A stretch of DNA of 64,000 nucleotides, taken from positions 3,968,001-4,032,000 of the forward strand of contig OY969811.1 of NCBI GenBank assembly GCA_963703315.1, in the 5' to 3' direction. The notes under the pieces are model-generated. The model was not told the DNA's origin and did not search any database. It worked only from the letters and a program-made list of their open reading frames with translations. The position numbers and the translations under genes are program-made. Origin of the DNA: an uncultured cyanobacterium (lineage in GTDB: Bacteria; Cyanobacteriota; Cyanobacteriia; Pseudanabaenales; Pseudanabaenaceae). The stretch's first letter is position 1, and the number at the start of each line of letters is the position of its first letter. Of the stretch, positions 37,150 through 47,796 are shown piece after piece.

Positions 37150-39489
37150 AGTATGTCCCATTCGTTTAGGGATTGCCTCATTAAAGTTTTTGGTAATTTG
37201 CGATAGAGATACAGCGATCGCTTGTTCTCCATTTACCGCAATCTCCAAATCACTACCCGCATCGCTGACGCTACCGATATATTGCCAAGAATTGCCTAGC
37301 TGATTATTAAGATAAGCTTCCCATGCAGAGCGATCGCTTGCCTTAACAGAAACAACAATCCGACTTGCGCCTTCTCCAAAGAGAAGTTGGGTAATGTGTA
37401 AATTTTCAGGAAGAGTTATTTGAATCTTGGCGGTGAGTTTGCCAGAGATACTTGATTCGGCGATCGCTACAGCTAGACCACCTTCCGCACAATCATGGGC
37501 AGATTGAATCAAGCCTTGGGCAATTCCTTGACGACAGGCAAGCTGCACTTTGCGCTCCAATTCAAAATCAACGGGTTGGGGTCTGCCTGTAACTTCACCA
37601 ATAACTGAGGCAAGATATTCAGAACCTGCGAGACTAGCGCGATCGCTACCCAATAAATAAATCGCATCACCCACATTTTGCCAAGCCTGACCAACGACCT
37701 TAGTTACATCTTCAACTAAGCCGACCATGCCGATTACAGGCGTAGGATAGATTGGTTGGGCATTGCCCTCAGCGTCAATAGTTTCGTTATAGAGCGAGAC
37801 ATTACCACCCGTCACAGGAGTGGATAATTCCCGACAAGCATCAGCGATGCCGCGACAGGCTTCGTGCAGTTGCCAATAACCGATCGCATTTTCAGGACTA
37901 CCAAAGTTCAAGTTATCCGTAACAGAAATAGGATCGGAACCAACACAGGAGAGATTTCTAGCAGCTTCCGCAACCGCTAACTTTGCGCCTTCATAGGGAT
38001 CAAGATAGACATAGCGAGCATTACAGTCAACCGTAGCGGCAACCCCCGCAAGGGCATCAATTTGGCATTGAGCGGAACTTAACTCTCCAGCACCAAAACC
38101 TTGACTGCGTAACCGAATTACCGCCGCGTCCGCACCACCGGGGAAAAGCACCGTATTATTCTGAACTTGATGATCGTACTGGCGATAGACCCATGCTTTG
38201 GAGGCGATCGCTGGGGTATCAAGTAATTTCAATAGCGCATCATTGGGATTAATCACAGGGAAAGAGGCGATCGCGGTTTTCTCATCCCATGCCCAAGCTT
38301 GCTTGGCATAGTCGGGAGTGTCAGCTAACTGACGATGATAAATCGGTGTATTATCGGCAAGCGCCGTTGCAGGAATCTCTGCCGCAATTTCGCCATGCCA
38401 GAGAATACGGACAATTGGCTCTTCCAGAACTTCACCCGCCACCACCGCATGAAGTCCCCACCGTTCAAAAATTTCAATTAGTTCTGCTTCTCTCCCTTTA
38501 TGAGCCACAAATAACATCCGTTCCTGTGATTCCGAAAGGAGATACTCATAGGGAGTCATCCCTGTTTCCCGCGCAGGAATTTTGTCCAAATCGAGAGATA
38601 CACCCACGCCGCCCTTCGCTGCCATTTCCGAAGTGGAACAGGTTAAACCTGCTGCGCCCATGTCTTGCGCGGCAACAACTGCACCAGTTTTGAAAGCTTC
38701 TAAACAAGCTTCCACTAAAGACTTCTCTAAGAATGGATCGCCAACCTGTACCGCTGAGCGATTCTGTTCCGATTTGCCAGAAATTTCTGTGCTAGCAAAA
38801 CTTGCGCCTTTGATGCCATCGCGCCCAGTGGTCGAACCCACATAAATCACAGGGTTTCCCACACCCGCAGCACCCGATTTGACGATTTCTTTGGTTTCCA
38901 TAATCCCGATTGCCATCGCATTGACTAGCGGATTACGGTTATAGGCTTTATCAAAATACACTTCGCCGCCAACGGTGGGAACGCCGATACAGTTGCCATA
39001 GCCAGCGATGCCGTTAACAATGCCGTTAACCCGACTACGCACCCAAGGATCGGACAGTTCGCCAAACCTTAGTGAATTCAAAATCGCCACGGGACGCGCT
39101 CCCATCGTGAAAATATCACGCAAAATGCCACCCACACCTGTCGCTGCGCCTTGGTATGGCTCTACTGCCGAAGGACGGTTATGGCTTTCAATCTTAAAAC
39201 TAATGGCAATATCATCGGTAATCTTGACTACGCCCGCATTTTCCCCCGGTCCCACCAGAATGCGATCGCCTGTGGTCGGAAATTGCTTCAGCAGGGGACG
39301 CGAATTTTTGTAGCAGCAATGCTCTGACCACATCACGCCAAACATCCCCAATTCGGCTTTGTTTGGTTCACGATTGAGGCGATCGCAAATCATTTGATAT
39401 TCATCGAGCGTCAAACCCTCAGATTTAATTTCGGCTGGGGAAAATTTGGGTGTGGTACTGGCGGTCATATTTAAAGCGGTGACTATCAT
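37144..39489 (-). CDS. purL: Phosphoribosylformylglycinamidine synthase subunit PurL
   Basis: [38 protein letters not shown]. Confidence 0.97.
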   Translation of the reverse strand: MIVTALNMTASTTPKFSPAEIKSEGLTLDEYQMICDRLNREPNKAELGMFGVMWSEHCCYKNSRPLLKQFPTTGDRILVGPGENAGVVKITDDIAISFKIESHNRPSAVEPYQGAATGVGGILRDIFTMGARPVAILNSLRFGELSDPWVRSRVNGIVNGIAGYGNCIGVPTVGGEVYFDKAYNRNPLVNAMAIGIMETKEIVKSGAAGVGNPVIYVGSTTGRDGIKGASFASTEISGKSEQNRSAVQVGDPFLEKSLVEACLEAFKTGAVVAAQDMGAAGLTCSTSEMAAKGGVGVSLDLDKIPARETGMTPYEYLLSESQERMLFVAHKGREAELIEIFERWGLHAVVAGEVLEEPIVRILWHGEIAAEIPATALADNTPIYHRQLADTPDYAKQAWAWDEKTAIASFPVINPNDALLKLLDTPAIASKAWVYRQYDHQVQNNTVLFPGGADAAVIRLRSQGFGAGELSSAQCQIDALAGVAATVDCNARYVYLDPYEGAKLAVAEAARNLSCVGSDPISVTDNLNFGSPENAIGYWQLHEACRGIADACRELSTPVTGGNVSLYNETIDAEGNAQPIYPTPVIGMVGLVEDVTKVVGQAWQNVGDAIYLLGSDRASLAGSEYLASVIGEVTGRPQPVDFELERKVQLACRQGIAQGLIQSAHDCAEGGLAVAIAESSISGKLTAKIQITLPENLHITQLLFGEGASRIVVSVKASDRSAWEAYLNNQLGNSWQYIGSVSDAGSDLEIAVNGEQAIAVSLSQITKNFNEAIPKRMGHTL

Positions 39490-39616
39490 TGGCTTGCAAC
39501 AATCATCTTATCGCAACACCATATTTTTTTGTCGTAGTGCGGTAGTCAGCTTCTTTGCAGATTTTGGCTCATCCGTTAAGATGTAAACAATAACCCGCAC
39601 TTAAGTTAAAAATGTC

Positions 39617-40831
39617 ATGTCCGATCGCCTGAAATTTTTCCGCAGGCTGATGTCAGCTTTTGAAGGCACTTCAAATCCTCAACGTGCCGTTGAACGAGGA
39701 TTTTATGTCAACTTGCCAAATAGTCCTGTAGAAGTGATCACCCGTAGAATTGAGCTTAGTCCTTCTTCGGTTCATTTATTATTTGGCGGTATTGGATCGG
39801 GGAAAACAACGCAGTTGCTACTAACACAAAAACATTTAAATGAGTTAGAAGATATAAAAGCTATTTATGTGGATGTTAGTCTTGTCACCGATATTTCCAA
39901 TCTTCAGTCTAGTGCTTTAATTGTGATTGCTGGACTGGAGCTAATAAAAATATTAGAGAAAATTGATAACCCTGAAATAGAAAAATCCAAACAAACAATT
40001 AAAAATGCTGCATATGGATACAGCGAGACAAAAATCGTTAACACGGCTTTTTCCTCGGTAGTTGCTAATCTGGTTAGTGGGTCTGTAAATACTTTTCACA
40101 AAGGATTATTGTCCTCAGAAAAGCAGGAAAATAAAGAGTTAATTTTAAAAGCTTTTGTTGAATTAAAAAAAGCTGCTAAAGCAATCATAAACAAAGAAAT
40201 TATTTTTCTTTTCGATAGTCTAGATAGATTGAGTAACTCAGAAATCTTTGTTGATTCAGTTCTTGACGATGTAATTGAAATTAACAATAGTGAAGTTGGA
40301 TCTGTTCTCGTAGGTTCTATTGCAACAATGTATGAAGAGAGAGATAGTATTGCAGAAGTTGTAGGACATTCTCACTTCTTGCCATATCTTGATATATTTG
40401 AAAATGTTGCCGCCCGTAAAGTTTTTACAGATATTTTTGCCATTCGAGATCCTGAAAAATTTATTAGTCTAGAGGCAAGAAATATACTAATGTATAGTTC
40501 TGGAGGGGTTTTACGCGATCTAATGTCTCTTTGCCAAGCTGCAATTGAAGAAGCTTATGTAGATGGTTCAGATCAAATTACAGAACAACACGCGAATCAA
40601 GCAATTTTAGCTATACGCCGTTCAAAACTAATTGGTTTAACCGATTCAAGCATAAATGTGCTACGTAAAGTTATGACTGAAAAATCATTTTCTCCACGGA
40701 CATCTGAGGATTTTGAACTATTGCTAACAGGACATATCTTGGAGTATAGACATCCAAGACAACGGTTTGTTGTTCATCCGATATTAGCTCCACTTATCAA
40801 AAATATGGCTGTGAGTGTAGCTAATGGATAA
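39617..40831 (+). CDS. P-loop ATPase (AAA/STAND-like)
   Basis: Walker A GGIGSGKTT, Walker B IIFLFDSLD, SGGVLRD helix. Confidence 0.85.
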   Translation: MSDRLKFFRRLMSAFEGTSNPQRAVERGFYVNLPNSPVEVITRRIELSPSSVHLLFGGIGSGKTTQLLLTQKHLNELEDIKAIYVDVSLVTDISNLQSSALIVIAGLELIKILEKIDNPEIEKSKQTIKNAAYGYSETKIVNTAFSSVVANLVSGSVNTFHKGLLSSEKQENKELILKAFVELKKAAKAIINKEIIFLFDSLDRLSNSEIFVDSVLDDVIEINNSEVGSVLVGSIATMYEERDSIAEVVGHSHFLPYLDIFENVAARKVFTDIFAIRDPEKFISLEARNILMYSSGGVLRDLMSLCQAAIEEAYVDGSDQITEQHANQAILAIRRSKLIGLTDSSINVLRKVMTEKSFSPRTSEDFELLLTGHILEYRHPRQRFVVHPILAPLIKNMAVSVANG

Positions 40832-41423
40832 ACTATCCTCTGTAGATGAATTATTACAAAAAATTGAACTGCGACCGCCAGATAGTAATAGCTGGATGGT
40901 TCTAGTCGCTATGCCTGATGACATACAATCAACAATTGATGAGTTACAAGACAGTGTTGAGATTTTTGGTGAATGTGAAACAGTAACTATTTCAGGAGAA
41001 TCTGGAGCAAGAAATCTAATTAAATGTATTCAAGAAGCACCTCAAGAATACTTTTTACTACATCAACTTGACTCTTGGGATAATAACGAATGGAAAATTT
41101 TTGATGCTTTTAGAACTCAATTAGATAAAAATACAAATGGGGGCTTGGTTGTACTTTCCGATCAATCAAGCCATTTAATGTTTAGTAATGCTCCTCATTT
41201 TGTTAGCTTTGTGGGTTCACGATTATATTATTTGGATAACAATGCAAATGTACTCACTTCTGAAGAATGTGAGAAACGCTTGTCTGCATTACAAGAATGG
41301 TCTGGTCAAACCAATGAAGAAATAATAGCTTTGGCTGAGAATCGTCAACTACCAACTGACCCAGAGTATGGAGAATGGTTAATCTTACTTGATCGAGGTG
41401 ACTTGCTTGAAAGGCAAAAATAA
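40824..41423 (+). CDS. Hypothetical protein, possibly an inactive NTPase-like partner
   Basis: 199 aa, 8-bp overlap with ATPase; FDAFR...NAPHFVSF. Confidence 0.7.
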   Translation: MDKLSSVDELLQKIELRPPDSNSWMVLVAMPDDIQSTIDELQDSVEIFGECETVTISGESGARNLIKCIQEAPQEYFLLHQLDSWDNNEWKIFDAFRTQLDKNTNGGLVVLSDQSSHLMFSNAPHFVSFVGSRLYYLDNNANVLTSEECEKRLSALQEWSGQTNEEIIALAENRQLPTDPEYGEWLILLDRGDLLERQK

Positions 41424-41973
41424 TTGGGAGAAGATCTGTAAAGAAATCCAAGAGCGTTCTTTAAACCAGACACTACTAGAAGTAGAAAGTGCGGAGAAAT
41501 TAAGAAAGAAAATTTTTAAATGTTTGAATGATGCCACCAATGAAAAGATATTGAATACGAATCTAAGTGAGATTCATCAGTTGCTTAAGATAAGTAATGG
41601 TCAAAAAGGACATTATGAAATTTTTGGTGGAGGCAAGAACTTTGGACGTATTCAAGACATTCCTCATTTCAAACTTCATAATGGCTGCTGGTTTGATTTT
41701 GCAATCACTGTCGATGAAACTGGCAAATCTTCCCAAATCGTGGCATTTGACTTTGAAATAAGGTTCCCTCAAAAAGAAAGTGAGACTAAAGTTTCATTTT
41801 TAAGAATTGACCTCAATCGACCAGAGCATAACAACGATGAACGAAATATACGTTTTCATCTCCATCCCAGCAATGACGATATTATGATTCATAGTCCACC
41901 AATGTCACCTCTCGAAATTCTGCATATGTTTCTGTATGGCATGAACATTCCAGACAAACCACGCACTTCTTAA
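41389..41973 (+). CDS. Hypothetical protein with RID..H..HLHP motif
   Basis: 194 aa ORF overlapping the upstream gene; start uncertain (TTG 41389 or GTG 41398). Confidence 0.7.
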   Translation: MIEVTCLKGKNNWEKICKEIQERSLNQTLLEVESAEKLRKKIFKCLNDATNEKILNTNLSEIHQLLKISNGQKGHYEIFGGGKNFGRIQDIPHFKLHNGCWFDFAITVDETGKSSQIVAFDFEIRFPQKESETKVSFLRIDLNRPEHNNDERNIRFHLHPSNDDIMIHSPPMSPLEILHMFLYGMNIPDKPRTS

Positions 41974-42069
41974 AACATCCTCAACTCTGCTTTGTTGGGT
42001 TCACGATTTAGGTGATCGCAAATTATCTGATCACGATCTTATCGCATTGAACCCGCCTAAAATGATTTC

Positions 42070-42675
42070 ATGTTGTCCAAAAGGAGATCAACTTTTATGA
42101 CCTTACAACTACTTGATCAAAGCGCGATCGCCTCACACTTTAAATTCACAACCCAGCAATATCACCTCATGCATGAAGCTGGCGTTTTTAAAGATGGCGA
42201 TCGCCTTGAGTTGATTAATGGAGAAATTAAAACTATGTCCCCCATTGGCAGAAAACACGTTGCTTGCATTATTCGCCTCGACAAACTGATCCAACAAAAA
42301 CTAGGCGATCGCGTGATGGTTTCAACGCAAAATTCAATTCGCTTAAATGAGCATTCAGAACCCCAGCCCGATCTTGCGATCTTGAAATTTCGTGATGATT
42401 TTTATGAAGCAGGGTTGCCAACACCAGAGGATATTTTGTTAATTATTGAAGTTGCGGATAGTTCACTTGATTATGACCGTGATGTGAAAGCACCTCTGTA
42501 TGCAGTGGCGGGGATTCCTGAAATGTGGTTATTTGATGTCAACAAAAAAGCGATCGCAGGATATTCTCAACCATCAGCATTAGGTTACAAACAAATCCAT
42601 CGCTACGATGAAGGCGATAGGTTATCGATGCTTGCTTTTCCTGATGTTACTTTCAATTGGAATGAGCTTTTCTAG
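42070..42675 (+). CDS. Uma2 family endonuclease
   Basis: RLELING, SEPQPDL, IEVADSS, YA.AGIPEMW. Confidence 0.92.
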   Translation: MLSKRRSTFMTLQLLDQSAIASHFKFTTQQYHLMHEAGVFKDGDRLELINGEIKTMSPIGRKHVACIIRLDKLIQQKLGDRVMVSTQNSIRLNEHSEPQPDLAILKFRDDFYEAGLPTPEDILLIIEVADSSLDYDRDVKAPLYAVAGIPEMWLFDVNKKAIAGYSQPSALGYKQIHRYDEGDRLSMLAFPDVTFNWNELF

Positions 42676-42679
42676 AAAT

Positions 42680-42714
42680 GTTTTTAAAAGCGGTGCGAAG
42701 CACCGCTTTTAAAA
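42680..42714. terminator. Bidirectional hairpin
   Basis: TTTTTAAAAGCGGTGC-GAA-GCACCGCTTTTAAAAA. Confidence 0.7.
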
Positions 42715-42735
42715 AGTTTGGGTTTTGTAACAACA

Positions 42736-44478
42736 TTAGTTGGGATAAATGCGTAAACGTCGATTGGGTTCCGCACCGTAGCTTTCCGATCGCAGTTGGT
42801 AATGCTCCACTAGTTCATGCTGCATCCGACGGATGATCGAAGAACGGGGTAGTAACTCCACAGGCTGTCCTTTAGGAATCACAATCTGCTCAACGGCAAG
42901 ACGGGTTTCTTCAAGAGCTTCGATTTCATCTTCCGAATCTCCATAGGCAAACATATTCAAGTCGCTAATCGTGTCCGCAGGACTTTCATCGATGTGTAGA
43001 ATCCGTCTCAGAGCACGAGTAATTTGGGGAAGAGTGCTAGTTTTGATCGCATGAATGGGAATTTGACGCGCTTCGGCAACTTGGCGCACTTTTGAACTGG
43101 TGCGAATCTGCGATCGCAAAGCCAGTACAATATCTGCCTCATCAAGATCCTTAGTAATTTCAATTGGTAAATTAATCGATTGCACCACCTGTTCAGTTTG
43201 ATGACGGCTAACTCCATAGAGATAAACATTCAGCGTACCGAAACGCTCACGCATGGCTCCATAACCAGCAAGATCGCCAAATTCCTCTTCATCTTCATCA
43301 CTGGATTCATTCAGTTCTACTACTGACGTATTACTAGTCTTGGTGGTCAACTCAGTGAGTTCAGACCGTAATTGCACCTGTGGATCGAGAGGGATTGGTT
43401 TGATCTTGCCAGTCGCTCGCCAACCTTTGACGGCAGGATTTCGCATTACTTCAGGATTTTTGGGCTTTTCATCGGTAGTCGTCACTTCGCCTTCATCACT
43501 GACTGCCCGAATTTGTCGTCCGGGGTCGCGATCGCGCAGGAGCATATCAATGGTTCCCGCGACATCGGCATGAACTGCCCAACGATAGCGCTCCCACATT
43601 TCCACAGCAATATCAAAGGTGGGCTGAGCCTTGCGTTCGAGAATGCTCTTTTGTGGTAAACCGCGCCGCCGCATTTCTTCATCACCGAGGGTGACGGATT
43701 GAATACCACCGATTAAATCAGAAAGAGTCGGGTTTTTAATTAAATTGGCAAGTTGATTACCGTGAGCCGTGCCGACTAGTTGCACACCCCGTTCGGCGAT
43801 CGTTCTGGCGGCTAGGGCTTCTAACTCCGTACCAATCTCATCAATGACGATTACTTCAGGCATATGGTTTTCCACTGCCTCGATCATCACTTGGTGCTGC
43901 AATTCGGGCTGGGAGACTTGCATTCGTCTAGCACGTCCGATCGCAGGGTGGGGAATATCGCCATCGCCAGCAATTTCATTGGAGGAGTCAATAATTACGA
44001 CGCGCTTATTCAGGTCATCGGCAAGCACACGGGCGATTTCGCGCAGAGCGGTGGTTTTGCCCATGCCGGGTTTTCCTAACAGCAAAATCGATTTGCCTGT
44101 TTCCACTAAGTCGCGAATCATGGCGATCGTGCCATAGACTGCTCGACCGACGCGACAGGTTAAGCCGATGATTTCGCCTTTGCGGTTGCGAATGGCACTG
44201 ATACGGTGCAGGGTGCGCTCGATACCTGCGCGATTATCGCCGCCAAATTCACCGACTTGCTTTACACAAATCGCCAAATCTTCTTTAGTAATTGGATCAT
44301 CGGTCAAATATTTAGTGCTGTCAAAATACCGTGCTTCGGGCAGCCTGCCTAAGTCCATCACAATTTCGACAAGTTGTTCTAACCCGCCGCAGAGTTCGAG
44401 GCTGCTTTTGATACGTGGTGGCAAAATATCGAGAAGTTGATCGAGGTTGTCTGTAACTTGTTTGCGAATGGATTCCAT
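42736..44478 (-). CDS. ycf45: Ycf45/SpoIIIAA-like AAA ATPase with R3H domain
   Basis: RAGIERTLHRIS, GKPGMGKTT, VIDEIG, C-terminal RRMQH R3H. Confidence 0.88.
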   Translation of the reverse strand: MESIRKQVTDNLDQLLDILPPRIKSSLELCGGLEQLVEIVMDLGRLPEARYFDSTKYLTDDPITKEDLAICVKQVGEFGGDNRAGIERTLHRISAIRNRKGEIIGLTCRVGRAVYGTIAMIRDLVETGKSILLLGKPGMGKTTALREIARVLADDLNKRVVIIDSSNEIAGDGDIPHPAIGRARRMQVSQPELQHQVMIEAVENHMPEVIVIDEIGTELEALAARTIAERGVQLVGTAHGNQLANLIKNPTLSDLIGGIQSVTLGDEEMRRRGLPQKSILERKAQPTFDIAVEMWERYRWAVHADVAGTIDMLLRDRDPGRQIRAVSDEGEVTTTDEKPKNPEVMRNPAVKGWRATGKIKPIPLDPQVQLRSELTELTTKTSNTSVVELNESSDEDEEEFGDLAGYGAMRERFGTLNVYLYGVSRHQTEQVVQSINLPIEITKDLDEADIVLALRSQIRTSSKVRQVAEARQIPIHAIKTSTLPQITRALRRILHIDESPADTISDLNMFAYGDSEDEIEALEETRLAVEQIVIPKGQPVELLPRSSIIRRMQHELVEHYQLRSESYGAEPNRRLRIYPN

Positions 44479-44539
44479 TAGGCTTTTTAAGGTTTTACAG
44501 TTAGTTTTTTCTGCTTAAAAGTGCGGCGAAGCCACACTT

Positions 44540-45538
44540 TTAAGCAGTTTTGATTTGGGAAACGAGTTGACGGGCGATCGCTACAGCTTGCCAGAGTAAA
44601 CAAGGATGTTCTTCAAGGCGATCGGGAATTTCTTCGCCGCGACTTTCTAGAAAATCGATCACGATCTTACGGGCATAGCTACCGTAGGCAACCCCAGCAA
44701 CAGGGATATTGGCTTGCTTGAGTTTGGGAACTGTACTGGCATTTGTGCCACCAGCCAGTTGCACAAAGCCCAGTGGCAACTGAAAATCCAGTACCTTCTG
44801 CCCTAGTTGCAAAGCTGCCCTAGTTGCGCCATCACCAATATCGCCACTCATCGGTCTGCCGTCAGTTTGCCAGATCAGCGATCGCGGTTTTGGCTGCATC
44901 CCTTCCAGCAAAGACAAGAGGTAATTGTGCAGATCTTCACAATCTGGAAAACTAACAGCTACTAGTCTGAGCTTGGGGATAATTGGACTCAAACGCTGCC
45001 AAAAAGCCGCAAATTCCTTAGTGCGATGGGGCTGTGTATGAATTTCGATCGCATCAACTTGCTGATTAAGTACTTCATCAAAAATATCTTCAGGGACATA
45101 AACCTGTTCGCGAGTATGAATAATCTGCACTGGACATAGCGGCAAACAACGACCGCACCCATAACAAAGATTTGGTATGATCCCATTGTAATCATTAGTA
45201 AACTTGATTGCAGTGGTGGGACATACTTTTTCGCAAGGTCTTGGGCAATCGGTTGGACAAAGATGTGGATCAAAGATAGCTTTCCGAAAATGCGGATCTT
45301 CGCCATCGTTGAAGCTGACCATCACTAAAGGGGCGATCGCCTGTGGGGATAATTGCATAGCGGCGGCGATACCTGCACGGGCGGCGGCAATTGTGGCAGG
45401 ATCGGGAGCCATATCGATGCAATCTGCTCCCGCCAGCGTATAAACCATTGCAAGGCTACGAATTGCGGGTAAATGTTGATAACTAGCACCACAAATGAGC
45501 TTAAACCATTGGTGCGATCGCAGAGCTTCAAGTTCCAT
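44540..45538 (-). CDS. ldpA: Circadian input Fe-S protein LdpA
   Basis: WFKLICGAS, DGEDPHFRKA, CPTDCPRPCEKVCP, CYGCGRC..CP, QTDGRPMSGDIG. Confidence 0.92.
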   Translation of the reverse strand: MELEALRSHQWFKLICGASYQHLPAIRSLAMVYTLAGADCIDMAPDPATIAAARAGIAAAMQLSPQAIAPLVMVSFNDGEDPHFRKAIFDPHLCPTDCPRPCEKVCPTTAIKFTNDYNGIIPNLCYGCGRCLPLCPVQIIHTREQVYVPEDIFDEVLNQQVDAIEIHTQPHRTKEFAAFWQRLSPIIPKLRLVAVSFPDCEDLHNYLLSLLEGMQPKPRSLIWQTDGRPMSGDIGDGATRAALQLGQKVLDFQLPLGFVQLAGGTNASTVPKLKQANIPVAGVAYGSYARKIVIDFLESRGEEIPDRLEEHPCLLWQAVAIARQLVSQIKTA

Positions 45539-45632
45539 AATTTCAGGGCGATTGACTAATTGTCGTTCGCACTCTGAAAAGCCTCATCGATACAGAATAT
45601 TTTTGATTGTAACTGCGATCGCGATCTAATAA

Positions 45633-45821
45633 CAATTCACGAAAGTGTGACCACACTTTCGTGAATTAAGTAGCTAGGCATGAGTAAACTTAAAACCTAG
45701 AAGCTTGTGCCGCCCGCTATGCGGGCGGCACAAGCTCTGATTTTGGGTTTTAACTATGCTGAGCTACTTAAAAAACAAACCCAGTGAGGGTTTTCAAAAC
45801 TAAAAATGGCGTAGCCATTTT
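45633..45821. mobile_element. Family A element interrupted by a family B MITE (45669-45768)
   Basis: CGTGAAT-TA[AGTAGC...GCTACT]TA-AAAAAC versus uninterrupted CGTGAATTAAAAAAC in the 27451 copy. Confidence 0.85.
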
Positions 45822-46395
45822 ATGTAGTTAGATTTTTCTCAATGCGGCGATCGGGAATGAGCCACATAATCGCTACAAGAATATAGAGCGCACAGGCTAG
45901 CAATGGCACAAAAAAGGAAATGGCAATGGCGATCGCATATATTACTAGAGACACTTTGCCTTTAAAGTCATTACCAATCGCGATCGCCAAAGTGGAATCT
46001 TGACCATGATAAGCAATCAGTACTCGGCAGAGAACATAGTAAGCTAAAGCCGCGAGTAATAGCACTATCCCATACAGCGCCACAGGTAAAGCCGCGAAAT
46101 GATTTTCACCCATCCATCCAGTGGTAAATGGGACTAAAGACAACCAGAACAATAAATGTAAGTTTGCCCAAAGAGTATAACCATTAACTCTTCCAACTGC
46201 CTGTAGTAGATGGTGGTGATTGTTCCAATAGATGCCAAGATAGACAAAACTGAGGACATAGCTGAGAAATACAGGAATCAATGGAACTAGCGCCTCTAGG
46301 TTCTCTTTGTGCGGTACTTTCAATTCCAATACCATAATTGTAATCAGAATCGCAATTACCCCATCACTAAATGCTTCTAACCGCCCTTTGGTCAT
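45820..46395 (-). CDS. TMEM175-family K+ channel
   Basis: RLEAFSDGVIAILITIMVLE, W.NHH; six TMs. Confidence 0.93.
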   Translation of the reverse strand: MTKGRLEAFSDGVIAILITIMVLELKVPHKENLEALVPLIPVFLSYVLSFVYLGIYWNNHHHLLQAVGRVNGYTLWANLHLLFWLSLVPFTTGWMGENHFAALPVALYGIVLLLAALAYYVLCRVLIAYHGQDSTLAIAIGNDFKGKVSLVIYAIAIAISFFVPLLACALYILVAIMWLIPDRRIEKNLTT

Positions 46396-46432
46396 CTCTC
46401 CAACCTCTCTGTATTTTGGCTACTTTAGTGGT

Positions 46433-46514
46433 TATTATAAGCTCTACTCATTTGGAGGCGATCGCCTTTTCTCATCATCAAGTGCGATCTCTAACATAGC
46501 CTTGTATATAAAAG
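46433..46514. repeat. 82-bp cassette junction repeat, copy 1
   Basis: Colinear with 47551-47632; core GCGATCGCCTTTTCTCATCAT.AAGTGCGATC. Confidence 0.85.
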
Positions 46515-46542
46515 CGATCGCTTGTCTTATCTTTGATTGTAA

Positions 46543-46607
46543 TTAAACTAAGAAGGTTTTAATTTCATCAGGTAGCAGAGAAACAACAAATCATCTTTAC
46601 TATCCAT
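46543..46607 (-). pseudogene. Probable internally deleted HEPN toxin
   Basis: MDSKD start overlapping the MNT stop, joined out of frame to FVVSLLPDEIKTFLV*. Confidence 0.5.
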
Positions 46608-47001
46608 ACAGACATTTCCCTCTATTTAATATTTGATGCTCTAGGGACATTGGAATCTGTGCAAATTTTTCTATTTCTTTTCGGGTTTTTACTAAGATAT
46701 CTAAGGGATAAGGAACATCTCTTAGGCATCGGTAAGCAATAGCAGAACGTTTACTAGAGGAGAGGTTGCTGTCGGTGACAATGATTAGTAAATCCAGATC
46801 GCTGTCTTTGTGAGGATTTCCCCAAACATGGGAGCCAAATAAAAAAATATTTTCTGGTCTAAATTCATTTACAAGTCGATTAGTAATATCTGAGAGTAAT
46901 TGTTCTATTGGCAAATTTGTGTGTGTCCCAACTTGAATAGGAATGGCGCGATCGCTTAGTGGTGTAATTTTTTTTTGGCTATGCTGCTGTTGGACTACCA
47001 T
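46600..47001 (-). CDS. Minimal nucleotidyltransferase (MNT antitoxin)
   Basis: IFLFGS...G....SDLDLLII, PLDILV. Confidence 0.9.
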   Translation of the reverse strand: MVVQQQHSQKKITPLSDRAIPIQVGTHTNLPIEQLLSDITNRLVNEFRPENIFLFGSHVWGNPHKDSDLDLLIIVTDSNLSSSKRSAIAYRCLRDVPYPLDILVKTRKEIEKFAQIPMSLEHQILNRGKCLYG

Positions 47002-47062
47002 TAATTTAGCCTTTGCCTTAGTTGCTATAACTATAGCTCATAAGCTAAAAAGCTACTAGATA

Positions 47063-47096
47063 ATCGCCTTTTCTCATCATCAAGCGCGATCGCTAA
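47063..47096. repeat. Cassette junction repeat, partial copy 2
   Basis: ATCGCCTTTTCTCATCATCAAGCGCGATCGCTAA. Confidence 0.8.
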
Positions 47097-47103
47097 ATAT
47101 CTC

Positions 47104-47301
47104 TTAGTATTCACGAATGATAAATACTGGCTTACTGGACTTGGGTTGATTTTGCTTTTGGATACGAATTAAGCGATCGCTTCCTCTGGTTCGTATTGAT
47201 TGTAACTGCACTAGGGCTTTTAAAATCCGTTGTTTAGGTTTCTGTGGTAATGCGTTCAGTTGCTTCTGCACGGTTTTTGGTAAGTTGACTTGATAACTCA
47301 T
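47104..47301 (-). pseudogene. Truncated RelE/ParE toxin
   Basis: MSYQVNLPKTVQKQLNALP...RILKAL N-terminus; the RIRVGDYR-type core is absent. Confidence 0.7.
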
Positions 47302-47519
47302 GATACTTGCTGTGCTTCAGTTACAAGGTGATGATCAAGGGTTACAAAATCGCCATTAGCAATTTCTGGGTCGGTTTCTTCAACTGCTTGTTGATAGCCT
47401 TTCCAGCAGAGAAATTCATCCATTTCTGCGAGTAACTTTTGATAAGCAGTAATATCGAGGATAACGGCTATGCGATCGCCTTGCGCGTTGGTAATGTATT
47501 GTTCTTGGAGTTGCAGCAT
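47298..47519 (-). CDS. Putative antitoxin
   Basis: EQYITNAQGDRIAVILDI..YQKLL; ATGA overlap with the RelE remnant. Confidence 0.75.
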   Translation of the reverse strand: MLQLQEQYITNAQGDRIAVILDITAYQKLLAEMDEFLCWKGYQQAVEETDPEIANGDFVTLDHHLVTEAQQVS

Positions 47520-47550
47520 AGGTTTGAGTGTTGATGAATAAGTTTGTGCC

Positions 47551-47632
47551 TATTATAAGCGTTACTCGTTTTGGGGCGATCGCCTTTTCTCATCATTAAG
47601 TGCGATCGCTAACAGAGCCTTGTAGATAAAAG
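47551..47632. repeat. 82-bp cassette junction repeat, copy 3
   Basis: Colinear with 46433-46514. Confidence 0.85.
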
Positions 47633-47692
47633 TGGAATAAGGCATGAAATAGGCGATCGCACTAATAATCTCTACAAAAAGCGATGAAGCTT

Positions 47693-47796
47693 TTAATCAG
47701 GTTCCATTATTTTTTGAAGTGCCTCGGCGATCGCTTCATATTGTTGAGGTGTGAAGCTGTGACAACATCACCAATTTGTAAAATATGCTCTGTCAT
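47693..47796 (-). pseudogene. Internally deleted MazF/PemK toxin
   Basis: MTEHILQIGDVVTA N-terminus joined out of frame to TPQQYEAIAEALQKIMEPD*; ATGA overlap with the upstream ORF. Confidence 0.65.
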
